Positions 1 through 12,600 of a stretch of 64,000 nt of DNA are shown piece after piece. The stretch's first letter is position 1. Each line of letters starts with the position of its first letter. The notes under the pieces were generated by a model. It ran no database searches. It saw nothing but the letters and a program-made list of their open reading frames with translations, and had not been told where the DNA came from. Source of the DNA: Callorhinchus milii (Eukaryota); contig NW_024704742.1 of the NCBI RefSeq assembly GCF_018977255.1, positions 11,348,001 to 11,412,000 of the forward strand, read 5' to 3'. The position numbers and the translations under genes are program-made.

Positions 1-88
1 TGGAAGAAATGAGGAGTGATCAGTAGGCTAGAATTGGAAAAATGAAGGTTACAGCAGAATAGGGAATAGAAAAAATGTTGGCATTTGT

Positions 89-228
89 GGAGTCCTGTAG
101 CTCAGTGGTTAGAGCACTCGCTTTGCAAGCGAGAGACCTGAGTTCAATTCCAGGCAGAGGGCGAAACCTTGGGCAAGTTTCCTTACTCCACACACCTAAT
201 AATAATCCCTCCAAAACCAAAAACAATA
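89..228 (+). mobile_element. tRNA-Ala-derived SINE, young short subfamily, 5' part only
   Basis: GGAGTCCTGTAGCTCAGTGGTTAGAGCACTCGCTTTGCAAGCGAG head with pol III A/B boxes; matches the full copies at 26841 and 38042 but has no tail. Confidence 0.9.
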
Positions 229-327
229 CTCTCATTACTCTCATCTGATCTGTGTTGAAATCATTCTAAGAACATTCTATTTGCTACGGGTGTGGGTTTG
301 CATCAGGAAGTTGCAGGAAAATGCAGA

Positions 328-654
328 AACAACTTAGATTTTTGTGGCATCTTACACGTCAAAATAACTTAAAGCCCTTAACAATGATTTATGACAGCCA
401 ATTTGTACACAGCAAAGTCACTCAAACATTAGGTAAATGATCAATTTTATCAGAAAGAGTGTTGACCAGGAGGCCTGGAGAAAATCACTTTTTTTTACCA
501 AGTATCGTGCACTTTTTTATCCAGTGGAACAGACAGAGGAGAAGAGGACCTTTGTTTAATGTCTCCTTGACAGGGCAGCACAATGCACTGCTCAGAACTA
601 CCCTGGATTGTCAGCTGATTCAGTGACTTCTGAACTGGGGCTTAATCCCACAAC
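328..654 (-). mobile_element. Degenerate Deu-domain SINE
   Basis: Aligns by eye with the copies at 47307-47630 and 14704-14980 (cagccaatttg.acacagcaa ... gtttaatgtctc). Confidence 0.6.
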
Positions 655-1100
655 AGCAACAATTTGCATTTATCTAGCGTCCTTCATGCAGGGTAGTGTC
701 CCGGAGTTCTTGTACCTCTAAACGAACCTCGGAACGAAAGATAAGAATGATTCCAATTGAGTCAAGGTGATGAATATCACAAAGTAGTTTTGCTGAACTG
801 CAGAAGAAGCATGATGTGGACGTTAAAAAAAGGCTGGCACCCATTGAAGCTCAGAGGAGCAATGAGATGTCAAGATTGCATTGTAGAGGGGTTAATTGAA
901 GGGAGTGGTGTCGAGGAAAAATTGTTAGCATAATGAATTCAGCAATGAAGTTCTCTTGTGAAGTACTTGGGAAGAAATTCCACCTTGGTTGAGATTTACT
1001 CTATTTATGTAGCATTTTAAAGCATTCAAACTTCAGCAAATTCTGAAATACAACCTTAACTTAACTGCTTTTTGTTTTATATATATATATATATACATAT

Positions 1101-1285
1101 ATAATAATAATCCTTGCATTTGATATAGCGCCTTATCACATCTTTGAGGCATCTCAAAGCACTTCACAGAATATACTGTAAAGTGAATTAATTCTATATT
1201 TCTGGGCAAAGCGCAGCAACCCATTGCGCACAGCAGTGTCCCACAAACAGTCGTGAATTAAAATGTCCAATTTATTATTATTATT
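1101..1285 (-). mobile_element. tRNA-Ala SINE 3' half
   Basis: (ATA)n tccttgcatttgatatagcgcc tail and body identical in pattern to full copies. Confidence 0.9.
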
Positions 1286-2074
1286 TTAATAAGAATCGTT
1301 AAGAACTATAGAAAAGCAACCTCAGAGTTAAGACTGAATTCAACCATTTGCCAAATTCTTGTACGCTCGAAAATGCCATATGAATTGAGTAAATCTAGGC
1401 CTAGGTGGAATTTCTTCCCCATCTGCATGTGTAAGCACTTACACTCTGGTGTCCTAATTGCAATGCAGATGTTGTTTCTCAGACACTGTATCCTTGCTGA
1501 GCATAAAACGCTGAATCATTCCAAAGGACAACATTAAATGCCGTTTTAGCTCAGGGTGTGGTGTAGCATTTGAAACTATAGATGGGGAACTGGAGAAAGA
1601 ACTTGCATTTTGATAGCACCTTGTATGTCAGAGCATCTTTAAAACAAAGAGCAATAAGTGAAAGAGGCCAAGCAAGGATTCCTACAAGAGTGCCAGCAAT
1701 CTCTCGGTTACTGGGCTTTGTTCAAATGTGCACTTCAGATCAGTTGCAGTAACTTGCATTGGTATCCGTTTGCTGAATCCGTCAGGGAATGTCCTTTCTG
1801 ATTGAAAGTTCTACACTGAACTGTTTATTTTCGCCCTTTAAATCCAAACCATCCAGTCTAAAATCTAGGTACTGTTTCTTGTGAAAGTCTGGTCGCTTTG
1901 TTCAAGGGTTTATTCCATGCTAGAAGTCCAGTTTGTAGGGAAGGCTACAGATTAACAAGAAGGTAACCTCGAAAAGTAGATTTTATAATTCGAACTGAGG
2001 CCTAGGATCCCAAGGATTAGATTGTGAAAAGGATATAAATCAAAAAAAAACTGAATGCTGGACATCTGATATAA

Positions 2075-2220
2075 ACCAATCGACTAACAATTTACTTATT
2101 GCTAGGTCAACAGAGGCGTGTGGAGTAAGGAAACTTGCCTAGCGTTTCGCCCTGCCAGGAATCAAACTTAGGTCTCTCGCTTGTGAGGTGAGTGCTCTAA
2201 CCACTGAGCTACAGGACTCC
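2075..2220 (-). mobile_element. tRNA-Ala SINE 5' half, long (older) subfamily
   Basis: Ends in gctctaaccactgagctacaggactcc (reverse complement of the head) and includes part of the central segment. Confidence 0.9.
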
Positions 2221-2469
2221 ACAAATGTGTCTCACAGGTTTTAAAGCACAGGTCATTTTTTCCTCTGGATAAGCTGAGTAAACTAATATGCTTCTAATGG
2301 ATTAGATGCATTGTTCCCTTTGATGCTGTTTTAATAAATCAAGGAGATAAATTCATGAACTTGTGAAATGATATTTAAATAGTGGTGAGCGGTCCTGCAT
2401 GATATTTCACAGCTCGGACCACCTACATTTGAGGCTTAGGTTTCCAGATGGAGGATGTAATCATATTTT

Positions 2470-2780
2470 TTACTTTTAATATAGGGCCTTTCACTTCAGG
2501 AGGACATCTTGAAGTCGTCAAAGGGTGTACTGTTATAGCACAGTGACTGTGTATTTTGCAGGTGGTCAAAGCGGCAGCCAATTTGCACACAGCAATGTCC
2601 CAACAAACAGCCATGGAGTCAATGACCAGTTTAATCTAGAGGATTGTTGGCCAGGACCTGGGGGAAATTTTTTCTCTTGTTCAATAGTATCATGGTTAAT
2701 TTTCACCTGACCAGGCAGATGGGATCTCAGTTTAAATTCTCATCTGATGGATAGCACCTCCAACAATACAGCACACCCGA
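2470..2780 (-). mobile_element. Deu-domain SINE remnant
   Basis: ggattgttggccaggac...caggcagatgggatctcagtttaaattctcatctga...gcacctcc motif shared with other copies. Confidence 0.75.
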
Positions 2781-3434
2781 TTTTGTTCCAGTAAGGAAAT
2801 GACATGAATTGAGGCATACACAATTATTGTAGCTCCACCTTGCTGAGTTAATTCCTAGTTTTTCTTCGAACTTACCCCTCGCACAATTCACGATGAGACG
2901 TTAAAGCAACTAATCACTGAATGTGAAGCGTTCCTTTGAAGAACGAGCAAGGGTTATTGGACACCTTTCCACCAGCAATATACCTGGGCTTTTACACATG
3001 GTCTGACAGTTGATGCGTCTTAATAAGATTGCTCTAGCTTTTTCCACAGTGTTTCCTTCCATGTGATTCATGGTTAATCATTCACAAAGTAGAAAATTGT
3101 TTCATCGCACCTTACATTTTAGAAAAAGAAAGTGGTTTGTCTTATTTCAGCTGTTTAAGAATATCTACTCTTGCTGGAAGAGGGTATTGCACAGAATATA
3201 GGAGTATCTCTACTGCGTTCCACTGGATCTTGTAAGCAATAAGAATGCCTTAATGGAATCCACGTAAACCCTCATATCATGTCACTTTTAATTACTTTAA
3301 ACAAGTGGGTCTAATATCTAAAGTTGTGATCATTCATTTTTTGATGTTCTAAATGTTGTTGTGAAGAATTGACATGTCAGGTGAAGAAAGACTCTGACAT
3401 TAAACATATAAACTAAGCACCTCTTCCATTCTCA

Positions 3435-3630
3435 GGCATCAGCTTGGTGCAGTTGATGGTAGTCTCAGAAGTTTGTGCGTTTAAGCCCCACGTCAGGACT
3501 TTGACTTTGAACTCACATAGTCTTGGCTGGCAGAATTAGCTACCGCATTCGCCTACACAATACCCAATTCCTATGCCTTACATCTGTGAAGCCCTGTGAG
3601 ATATCCTTCCAATTTGAAAGGTACAACAAC
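3435..3630 (+). mobile_element. Internally deleted Deu-type SINE (head plus tail)
   Basis: Head ctcagaagtttgtgcgtttaagcccca joined to a tgtgaagccctgtgagat tail. Confidence 0.5.
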
Positions 3631-4611
3631 AAAGTGGTAGTATTCATTTTATTCTAAAGGATGGTGTCATATTGTTGACTGTCTTTAAAGTGGATATTTT
3701 ACGAGTGTAAATTTTAATTTTTTTTTGTCCTGACTTCCACAAATGCTAACCGTTCAGCAAGGATCGCTCGTTAGGAGTCAGGAGTGAAACACCTGGCTGT
3801 TTTGTCTCTATTTTCTCTTCCCCCCCCATATTGACACCATAGTCAAATATAATGCCCTAACTGCTGCCTTTGTTGAGATTAGTTAACTCAGCACAGACTG
3901 GAATTTGAACCTGTGAATATCCTCTCTGAGAAGGTGTTCCACTGAATTTACAATGAACAACAACAAGAAATTCCATGTATATATTGCTTTTCAAAGACGG
4001 TTGCAGGTTGGCACCGAAGCTGGGAGTTGGATTCAGGAGGGGTGGAATATATGGGAATGAAGTATTCACATTGTAGGTTTCACCTTGTCTTTAATTTCTA
4101 CAATTCACTCTCTATTATCTGAAGAAATGCTGTTGGATTTTCAGTTTGCAGGATTATTTTTACAATTTGGTTTGTTGGGGAGGGGAAGGGAGGCAGGGGA
4201 TAGGGAAGTGAAGCAATCATTGGGAGCTTTTTTCTTTATTGTACGTGAATGATTTTTCCAACCAAGATGAATATATTAGTTGTTTAGGATTTCCGTTATT
4301 AAAATGTTCATTTGCTTTCCTGAGAATAAGACACATCCATTTTGCAAATGATTTAACTGAACAGGACAGAAGAAGCAGAAGGTCATTTAAGCCTTTCAGT
4401 GTCTGCACGCAAGATACAAAACAACTATTTTCACTTCTTTACTGCTTTTGGTGCTGAGGGCTGTATGAAGTTGTGCTCCCAGTTTGAATCTGGCCCTTGT
4501 CGCTTTCTGTCACTGTGTGTGAAGCTTTCAGACATCATCACTTGAAATCTGTTCACCCATTCAACAGGGTAACAATCAGTCTGTGGCATTTAGGTTGCCT
4601 ACGAGTTGATT

Positions 4612-4715
4612 GCTACAAAGAACATTATGCGTCACTATTTAGAACTCACTGATTTTTCCAGCTCCATCCACTAAACTAAAAAGCAGTGAGTTCTAAATAA
4701 CGTGTTTTTTGTAGC
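4612..4715. repeat. Short inverted repeat / hairpin
   Basis: Perfect 16-bp stem tatttagaactcactg (4636-4651) / cagtgagttctaaata (4684-4699), extended by outer gctacaaa / tttgtagc. Confidence 0.85.
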
Positions 4716-4764
4716 TGTACTGAGAGCTATCAATATCATAATCTTTATGTTCTCCTCTCCCTCC

Positions 4765-5130
4765 CTTCCCTGAAGTTATTGATTCTTGCCTGGGTATGTA
4801 CTGTCCGAGCACTGGCTACCCTTTGGTACCTTGTCCAAGTGACGTTTCTTCATGTGTGAGTCCACATTACTCCAAGCTATCCAAGCGTAAAGGCTGTCAG
4901 AATGACGCTGATGCTGTCGTTACTTGATATCCACACATGAAGACTGGGTCACTGCATAATGATGAAGTGCAGCAACCTTTTTTTGCCTTTTCTCTTTCCT
5001 TCAGTTTATTCTACTGCACCCATTTTTCAGACATCAGTTAACTCCACACAGGGTGGAGATGAAACCTTAGACTTACCTAGACTTTATGGATCAGTAGTGG
5101 AAGGTATAATACATTTACCTAATGAGCCAT
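4765..5130 (-). mobile_element. Ancient SINE-like interspersed repeat (family 2)
   Basis: Homologous by eye to 20150-20335 and to the reverse complement of 39780-39945 (cctgaag..attga, caagtg.c..ttcttcatgtgt, ggctat). Confidence 0.6.
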
Positions 5131-6016
5131 CATAATAGTGTCTGATCCCCAGGGCAAGCTACAATCATACCTGTTCTTCCCTTCCCATTTCCTCAACTTT
5201 TCTTGCCATGATCTTGAATCCTAAGATGTCCTACATGGTCTTATTATTGAGCACTACTATCGCCAATAATAAATCCAGTAGAGTCTTGATAATACTGCAA
5301 ATACATTCTGCAGTTAATGTAGCTCTAGGTTGCTGTATTTTGTCTTATAATCTTGACAGATGTCGCCAGAAATTTTACCCGTAAATGACCTGTTGCAATT
5401 AGTCCTTAGATTCTAGTAGTCATGCAATGCAGGGACACTCAATCTTTCTTGTTAATAAAGAGGTTAAAAACATTGAAGTGAACGATCTTTTGATGAGGAA
5501 AAGACTTTTTGTAAGAAGGGTTGGGATCAGAAAGAGTACCATTGCTTGTGAATGCTGCAGTCATGATAGTGAATAAATTATACCAGAATGATTTCTGTAG
5601 AAAGTTGTTCAATAATTAATCCTTTGATCTTTGCAATATGAGTCGAAATACATAAGAAATATCATCCCTTTTACATTACATTGTCTTCTTCAATACATCC
5701 TCCTGAAGCAAGTACCCAAGGATTTTGGAGTTGTGGAGTGTCGGAGTGGCTCTGACCAAAGACAGGCAGGTTCAAGCGCTCGGATATGAAGCAATAACAT
5801 TGCTCTGTTTTTTATTGCTTCGCGTGCACTGCTTCTGGACATCTGGAGGTACATTTGAACATTTTGAGGACAATTAGAGGAGACAATTTTTTTTAATTTT
5901 TACTGTCTTGCCATGTTGCCTCATAAGTAATGATTGTCAAATGTAGTGACTGCTTTTGTAGGCAAACATAGCAGCTGTCTTACAAACAGCCATGGGTTGA
6001 ATGAGCCAATTCATTT

Positions 6017-6120
6017 TGAAATAAAAACAGAAGTCGCTTGTAGCACACAGCAGGTCAGGCAGCATCTATGGAGAGAGGAACATGAGTTAACTTTTCAGGT
6101 CGATAAACTTTTGTCAGCTC
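6017..6120. mobile_element. Possible Penelope-like terminal repeat fragment
   Basis: ataaaaacagaa...cagcaggtcaggcagcatctatggagagag...ttaac.tttcaggtcgat resembles, from memory, a repeat common in cartilaginous fish; a degenerate reverse copy lies near 30325-30440. Confidence 0.4.
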
Positions 6121-6125
6121 AGCAT

Positions 6126-6243
6126 ACAACAACAAGATTACATTTGTATAGCGCCTTTCACCCCAAGGCGCAGGACAGTGTACAGTATTTCAGACCCGAG
6201 CTGGGGTCAGGGAGGGAGAAGGGAGAGGAGGGGAAGGGGGTAG
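6126..6243 (-). mobile_element. L2 LINE 3' stub
   Basis: (CAA)n tail plus gcgcctttca; matches the 3' end of the copy at 16760. Confidence 0.85.
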
Positions 6244-6696
6244 TTACTGAGGTAAACTCCCTTCTCTTTTCGGCTTTTCATAAGTACCCTAGAATGAGCG
6301 AATTGGGTCTTTTTAATGTTGATGAATATCACTGGCATCAGTGACTCATTTCCCCTTTTGCCTCCACCCCCCCTCCCACCACCCACCAACTTCTGAATAA
6401 CAGTAGCACTCAAAGCCAACTGAAAATACTCTACGCTGTTTTTTTCTAAGTTGGAGTGACGTCTTGGTACAACTTTCTAGTATTATGATTTAGTTAAGTC
6501 GTTAAGCTGCAAAGTAGCCTTGAATGGCAGTGATCTACAATGCAGAATTGCTGTGTGGGTGCATGAAATGCCAGGCAGATAGTTTGGTCACAGTGAAACC
6601 ACAATACATCTTGCTGTGTCTCACTATCAGGAGCTGAATCAGGAGCTGGAAAAGGCATGTTTTTGGATGATGCCTTTTGCTGGGAATGGGTTAATC

Positions 6697-7047
6697 CCTT
6701 CACTCCCTGGCACCTCCCTACCTCTCCGACCTCCTCACTCCCCAATCCACCCAATCTGCTCGATGGGCACCGACCTCCTGCTTCTCCCTTGCACCCTCCG
6801 CCCCACCATCGAGAGGTTGTACATTCAGCCACTACGCCCCGAAACTCTGGAACACTGACCCTCAATCCTTCCGCCTTGTCCCCTCTTCCCCCTTTTCAAG
6901 TCCCACCTGAAAACCTTCCTTTTCGATCGTGCTTACGGTCACCTGCCCCCCCCCCCCCCCCCCCCGGCTCGGAGTCAGACGCTGTTAAGCTCTCTGAGAC
7001 GCTACCCTGCGTGGAGTGCGCTATATCAGTATAAGTTGATGTTGTTG
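6697..7047 (+). mobile_element. L2 LINE 3' fragment
   Basis: Degenerate PPYLSDLL...LWN coding remnant, C-rich sense strand, gcgctatat...(GTT)n tail. Confidence 0.85.
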
Positions 7048-7865
7048 CAATCACCAAACAGAAGTCCCTGCCCTGGAAGGACCACAGCTTCCTCTAATAA
7101 AGCTTGTTTTGAACTGTTGTTTTTTGAAAGTATTGTAGTATAATGCAAATGTTACAACAGAGAACAGGTAATTCCAAGTACTTAATTGTGCAGCTCCATC
7201 TGTTTGCTCAGGGGAATACATAATCATATGACAGTAACCCAACAGTTTCCCTCCACAAGTTTGGGGATGCTGAGGGAAGTCCGAGGTCAAAGCGACTTCT
7301 ACTGAAATGAAGCTGCAATGCAGATGTTGACCCATTTTTCAAATCAGGGTCACCTGTATTTTTGACTTCACAGAAGGAATAAATGAAATAGGATGTGACG
7401 ATATGGTGAGGTAGAAATCCTCGTCTCCAGGCCCTCCCACCTGTTATTTTTTTTCATAACAAGAGTACTTCGAACAGGACTCCTACGTGCAATGTACAAT
7501 GGGGAAGCTCATGAAGTTCCTAACACCAGTTTTAATTGGTCTAATTTTCAGTGGTGTGTGCTTTTTTAAGGTCATTTTGGAATGCTCTGTTGTTCTTGTC
7601 TTCAGAGTTTGGACTTTGACATGGGAGGAAAAAAATGTGCAGGTGTCAATCTTTCTGTTCCATATTTACCCTTAGGCCAGACAGGAGGTGACTCACACCT
7701 CAGTTATCTTACGTTGGTCTAATTGCTGCAATGACTTAAGGGAGGTGCTAAGTCTGGCTGCCTTCGGATCAGAGGATGTGTATATGAAAGGAGTTGGTCA
7801 GCATTGTTTATGACATAGAGAATCACTGTCTTATCTACATTGACTGGTTTCAGGTTTCACTTCTT

Positions 7866-8238
7866 GGATTCCTGTAGCTCAGTGGTTAGAGCACTCACCT
7901 CGCAAGCGAGAGACCTGGGTTCAATTCCTGGGCAGGGCAAAACATTGGGCAAGTTTCCTTACTCCGTACACTTCTATTTACCTAGCAGTAAGTAGGAACC
8001 CGGTTGTTAGTCGATTGGTGGATCGCTTTTCCGGGGATAATAATTCCTTCCATATAAATAAAAATTATTTGGTCACTCAATCCACGACTGTTTGTGGGAC
8101 ACTGCTATGCAGAATTGGCTGCCATGTTTCGCCCACAAAATACACAATTCACTTTAGAGTAGATTCTGTGAAGTGCTTTGAAATGTCTCGAAGATGTGAT
8201 AAGGTGCTATATCAAATGCCAGGATTATTATTATTATT
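7866..8238 (+). mobile_element. tRNA-Ala SINE, full length, long subfamily
   Basis: tRNA head with CTCGCAA loop, central cctagcagtaagtaggaacccgg segment, (ATT)n tail. Confidence 0.93.
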
Positions 8239-9079
8239 TCCAAATCTGCATCTTATTGGTCTTGAGTGCAAACACTACCCAAGTCTTTAGCATGCCTTTT
8301 CCTTGGGAGAGATAACCACTCTTAACATCAGGTAGGTCTGGAAAACATTAACTAACTGTTGCAAGCTTGCACTGAGGTCATTAATGTTTGACTCCATTTT
8401 AAAAAAAACATATGTAGGAACCGTGCCCATACAAGCTCCCAAAATCAATTCACTTGGAGTCTGGGACTGTTGAGTGGGGGAAGGGAAGTATTGGAAATTA
8501 AGTAATCCAGGAACTCTGCTCCGCTTCTATAAAAACATACATTGTTTTGTTGTGAATGTTGTTTGAGAATTGGGGACGCTCCCTGTTTCAAGGTCACTAT
8601 GACTATTTAGATGGTACTGTCACATTGTCCATCTGACTTCTGTTTACTTCAGTGAGGGACAGGAGTTTCAAACTGGACTGGGAGCTAATGTGGAACCATC
8701 TGATTCTGAAAGACCTTCAGTACTGGCTGACGTGCTACTTGTGTGGCTCTATTCTGGTCCAGCATTGAAGTACAAAGTTCTATTCTAGTTGTATAACTTC
8801 AGTTTCCTTCCCAAGAGATGGGAGGAACTACAAATGATTGGTTTGGTGTCGGTTGGTGATCATGAAACTTACAAATTCTAGGGAGCATCTAAACTATAGA
8901 TTTGGAACTCAAATGACTTTGTAAAAGTGATTTATCTTTAGCCTTGCAACTGGATGCTGTCCAAATTCAGTGATTATTTTACGGTCATGTAGCACACACC
9001 CAGACATTGATAAATTACAGGGTGAATCAACAACAACTTGCTTTGATATAGCGCCCTTTGTCTCGGAGCGCTTGACACA

Positions 9080-9430
9080 GTGAAACCTCATTGTCTGTTT
9101 TTTCAATGTTGGGATCTATTCGGTTTGTAATCCTTAACGTAATACAGGGTGAATCAGAAGTCCTTTCTCATAGGGTTTAATTATTAATTTCGCACTTTCT
9201 TTTCAGACAGCATTCGTAGGGAGTGGCTATTACAGGAAATGGCTTTCATCGAGTATGTGAAAGTTTGTGTCACCAAATTGATATGTGCAAACGTCTACAT
9301 GGCATTGCAGTTTGAAAATCTCATAAAGACCTCTGAGTAAGGACTTTTGATTCACCCTGTATTACGGGAAGGATTACAAACCGAATAGATCCAAACACTG
9401 CAAAAAAATACCAAGACAGTGAAGTTTCAC
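9080..9430. mobile_element. Fold-back / MITE-like element with about 100-bp inverted arms
   Basis: Arms 9080-9175 and 9330-9430; perfect 24-bp (9112-9135 / 9369-9392) and 19-bp (9138-9156 / 9348-9366) inverted matches; internal TA-CAGGGTG...CACCCTG-TA resembles Tc1/mariner ends. Confidence 0.75.
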
Positions 9431-9625
9431 GATGTGTATTCTATTCTGCTACTGTAAATCTGCTGAGATTGAACAGCCTTGATTTGTTTGTGGTGTTTTA
9501 GAGCCTAAAGCCATTGTACTCGTTTGACTGTGCAAGCACAAAGTTCAGAATATAACCATACTGAACGCATGCTTGTCTAACCCGCTGAAATGGACGATGA
9601 ATCCAAAACCAAGGGCTTAAATATA

Positions 9626-12600
9626 TAGAATCATATCATAGAATCATAGAATCGTACAGCACAAAAAGAGGCCATTCGGCCCATCGAGTTTGTGCCGGCT
9701 CTTTGAATAGAGCAATTAATGTCAATCCCACTCCCCAGCCCTTTTTCCATAACCCTGGAAACCCGTACTCCTCAAATACCCGTCCACCGGGTTTTTAAAA
9801 GTTTTTAAATTGAATCAGCCTCGACCACCCTTTCAGGCAATGCGTTCCAGATTTGAACAACTCGCTGTGTGAAAAAATTTCTTCTCACCTCCCCTCTGCT
9901 TCTTTTAGAGACTATTTTGAATCTGTGACCTCGAGTCACCGACACTCCCACCAGTGGAAACAGTTTTTCCTTTTCTAACCTATCAAATCCCCTCATGATT
10001 TTGAAGACCTCTATTAGCTCTCCTCGTAACCCTCTCTGCTCCAATGAGAATAATCCTCACCTCTCAAGCCTTTCCTCATAATCAAGGTCCCTCATTCCTG
10101 GTACCATCCTCGTAAATCTCCTCTGCACCCTTTCCAATGCCTTAACAGCCTTCCTATAGTGTGGTGCCAGAACTGGCCGCAGTATTCTAACTGAGGCCTA
10201 ACCAGTGCTTTATATAGGTTAATCATAACCTCCTGACTCTTATACTCTGTGCCCCTATTTATAAAGCCTAGTATCCCATGTGCCCTTTTTACAGCCTTAT
10301 CTACCTGTCCTGCCACCCTCAAGGATTCATTTACCTGCACCCCCAGGTCACTCTGCTCTTTTACCTCCCTTAAGATTGTACTACCAGCCTATTTGCCTCC
10401 CCTCATTCTTTCTACCAAAATGCATTACCTCGCATTTCTCTACATTGAAACTCATCTGCCATGTGTCTGCCCATTTTACCATTCTGTCTATGTCTTCCTG
10501 CAGTTGGCTCCTCTCCTTCTCACTGTTTACTACCCTACCTAACTTTGTGTCGTCCACAAACTTGAAAATGGTGCTTGCTATACCCAAGTCCAGATCATTT
10601 ATGTATATTAAGAGCAGTGGTCCTAATACTGATCCCTGAGGGACGCCATTGTACACTTCCTTCCGGTCAGAAAAGCAGCTGTTCATCACAACTCTCTGCT
10701 TTCTGTCTCCCAGCCCGTTCTGGATCCATGCTGCCACTGTCCCTTTTATACCATGGGCTTTTATCTTTCTTACAAGTCTTTCATGTGGCACTTTATCAAA
10801 TGCCCTTCCCCCTCCTTTCCCTTTGCGCTGTTGTTCTGCCAGTCTATGTTGGGATAATTAAAGTCCCCCATCATCACGACTCTATTGGCCTTGCATCTGT
10901 CTGAGATCTGCTTGCAGATCTGCTTATCTATTTCCTTCCCACTATTTGGTGGTCTATCGTATACCCCTATCAGTGTAACAGCTCCTTTTTTGTTCCTTAA
11001 CTCTAACCAGATAGATTCCGTTTGGGGGCCCTTCAGCATTTCGACCCTTTCCACGGCTTTAACCGTATCTTTGACTAACATTGCCACACCCCCTCCTTTT
11101 TTCCTTCCCTATCCCTACTGAATACATTATAGCCAGTAATATTCAGCTCCCATTCCTGTTGTTGTTTGAGCCAAGTCTCTGTTACTGCTACTACATCGTA
11201 TCCCCCTATGACCACTTGAGCCTGCAGCTCACCAATCTTGTTTGCTAAACTCCGTGCATTTAGGCACATGCACTCCAAGACTGACTTGACCTGTTCTGCA
11301 CTTCCCCCCTGTTTTTTTTCTCCATTTTCTAGCTCTCCATATTTTGCATTCCCTTCCCCCCTCAAAACTAGTTTAAACTCTCCCCAACAGCATTAGTTAG
11401 GCTTTCTGCAAGCACATTTGCCCAGCCCAGTTTTGGTGCAACCCATCCACATGATACAGGTCCCACCTGCCCCAGAACTGGTCCCAATGATCTAGAAACC
11501 TGAAGCCCTCTTTTCTGGACCATTTCTCCAGCCCAGCATTCATATGCTTGATCCTGCCATTCTGGTATTTATTTGCCCGAGGCACAGGGAGTAATCCAGA
11601 GATCGCCACCTTGGATGTTCGAATCTTAAGTATCTTCCCCAGCTTTTCATATTGATGCTGTAGAGTCTCAACCCTTTTTTTACCAATATCATGGATCCCC
11701 ATCTGGACTACCACTTCTGGATGTTCTCCTTCCCCCTGAAGAATTTTACCCACCCTTTCTGCAATGTCTAAGACTGTTGCACCAGGGAGGCAACATACCA
11801 TCCTTGACTCCCGTCTACTGTTACAGAAACGTCGGTCTATACCTCTCACTGTTGTATCCCCTATGACAACAGCATTGCTCCTGTTACCTATGTCCCCCTG
11901 TTCCACCAATCGGTTTATACTGTCCTCCCTGGAGATATCCACACTCTCAATGTTCAGTACGGAGTACTGGTTTGAGAGTGCTACACTATTGGGGGCATTC
12001 TGTCCAGCCCATCCCCTCTTCCTATCATGCCGGACAATTATCCAGTCATTTTCTGTCTGAACCCTCGGTGTGTGGGGTGACCACCTCTTGAGGTGTCTCT
12101 TGGTCCATCCGTTGATCAAGTTTGAAGTCCAAGGCTTCATCACCCCTCTCTCAGGGGGTCCCATTATCTGCAGGACTGTGAAAACATCCTGTCCCTGAGC
12201 ATTAACCGGAAGCAAGCATCTTCCGAGGCTCAGGGAAGTGATGGTTTCCTCCATCATACTGTCCAGGAACCTCTCACTGTCCCTGATGGAGCGCAGTGTC
12301 TGCACCTCGGCTTCCAGCTCAGCTACTCTCAGCTGGAGCTTCCTGAGTTGCAGACACTTGCTGCAGATGAAGTCGCCCGGACTCAGGGCCCTCCATTAAC
12401 TCCCACATGTCACAGTCCTCGCATTTCACTTGCCACATCATCTGCTCACACGGTGTTTTCGATGTTTTTTGGTTGNTTTTTTGTTTCAATTTCCCGACAA
12501 TGTTGTAGTTTCTGACAGTTTGTTGATGTTTGTCCCTGGTTCTGTTGTTGAAAAATGACGTCACACCAATGTCACTTTTTCTTTTTTTTTCTTTTTTTCA

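Noticed and set aside
89..165. tRNA-Ala(TGC)-like sequence, also at each SINE head
   Set aside because: D and anticodon arms fold, but there is no acceptor stem, and it always continues into the SINE body. It is a SINE head, not a tRNA gene.
6946..6965. Poly-C run
   Set aside because: Expansion within an L2 3'UTR; length may be a sequencing artefact.
8497..8515. aagtaatccagga resembling miR-26
   Set aside because: 5' seed end differs and I see no complementary hairpin arm.
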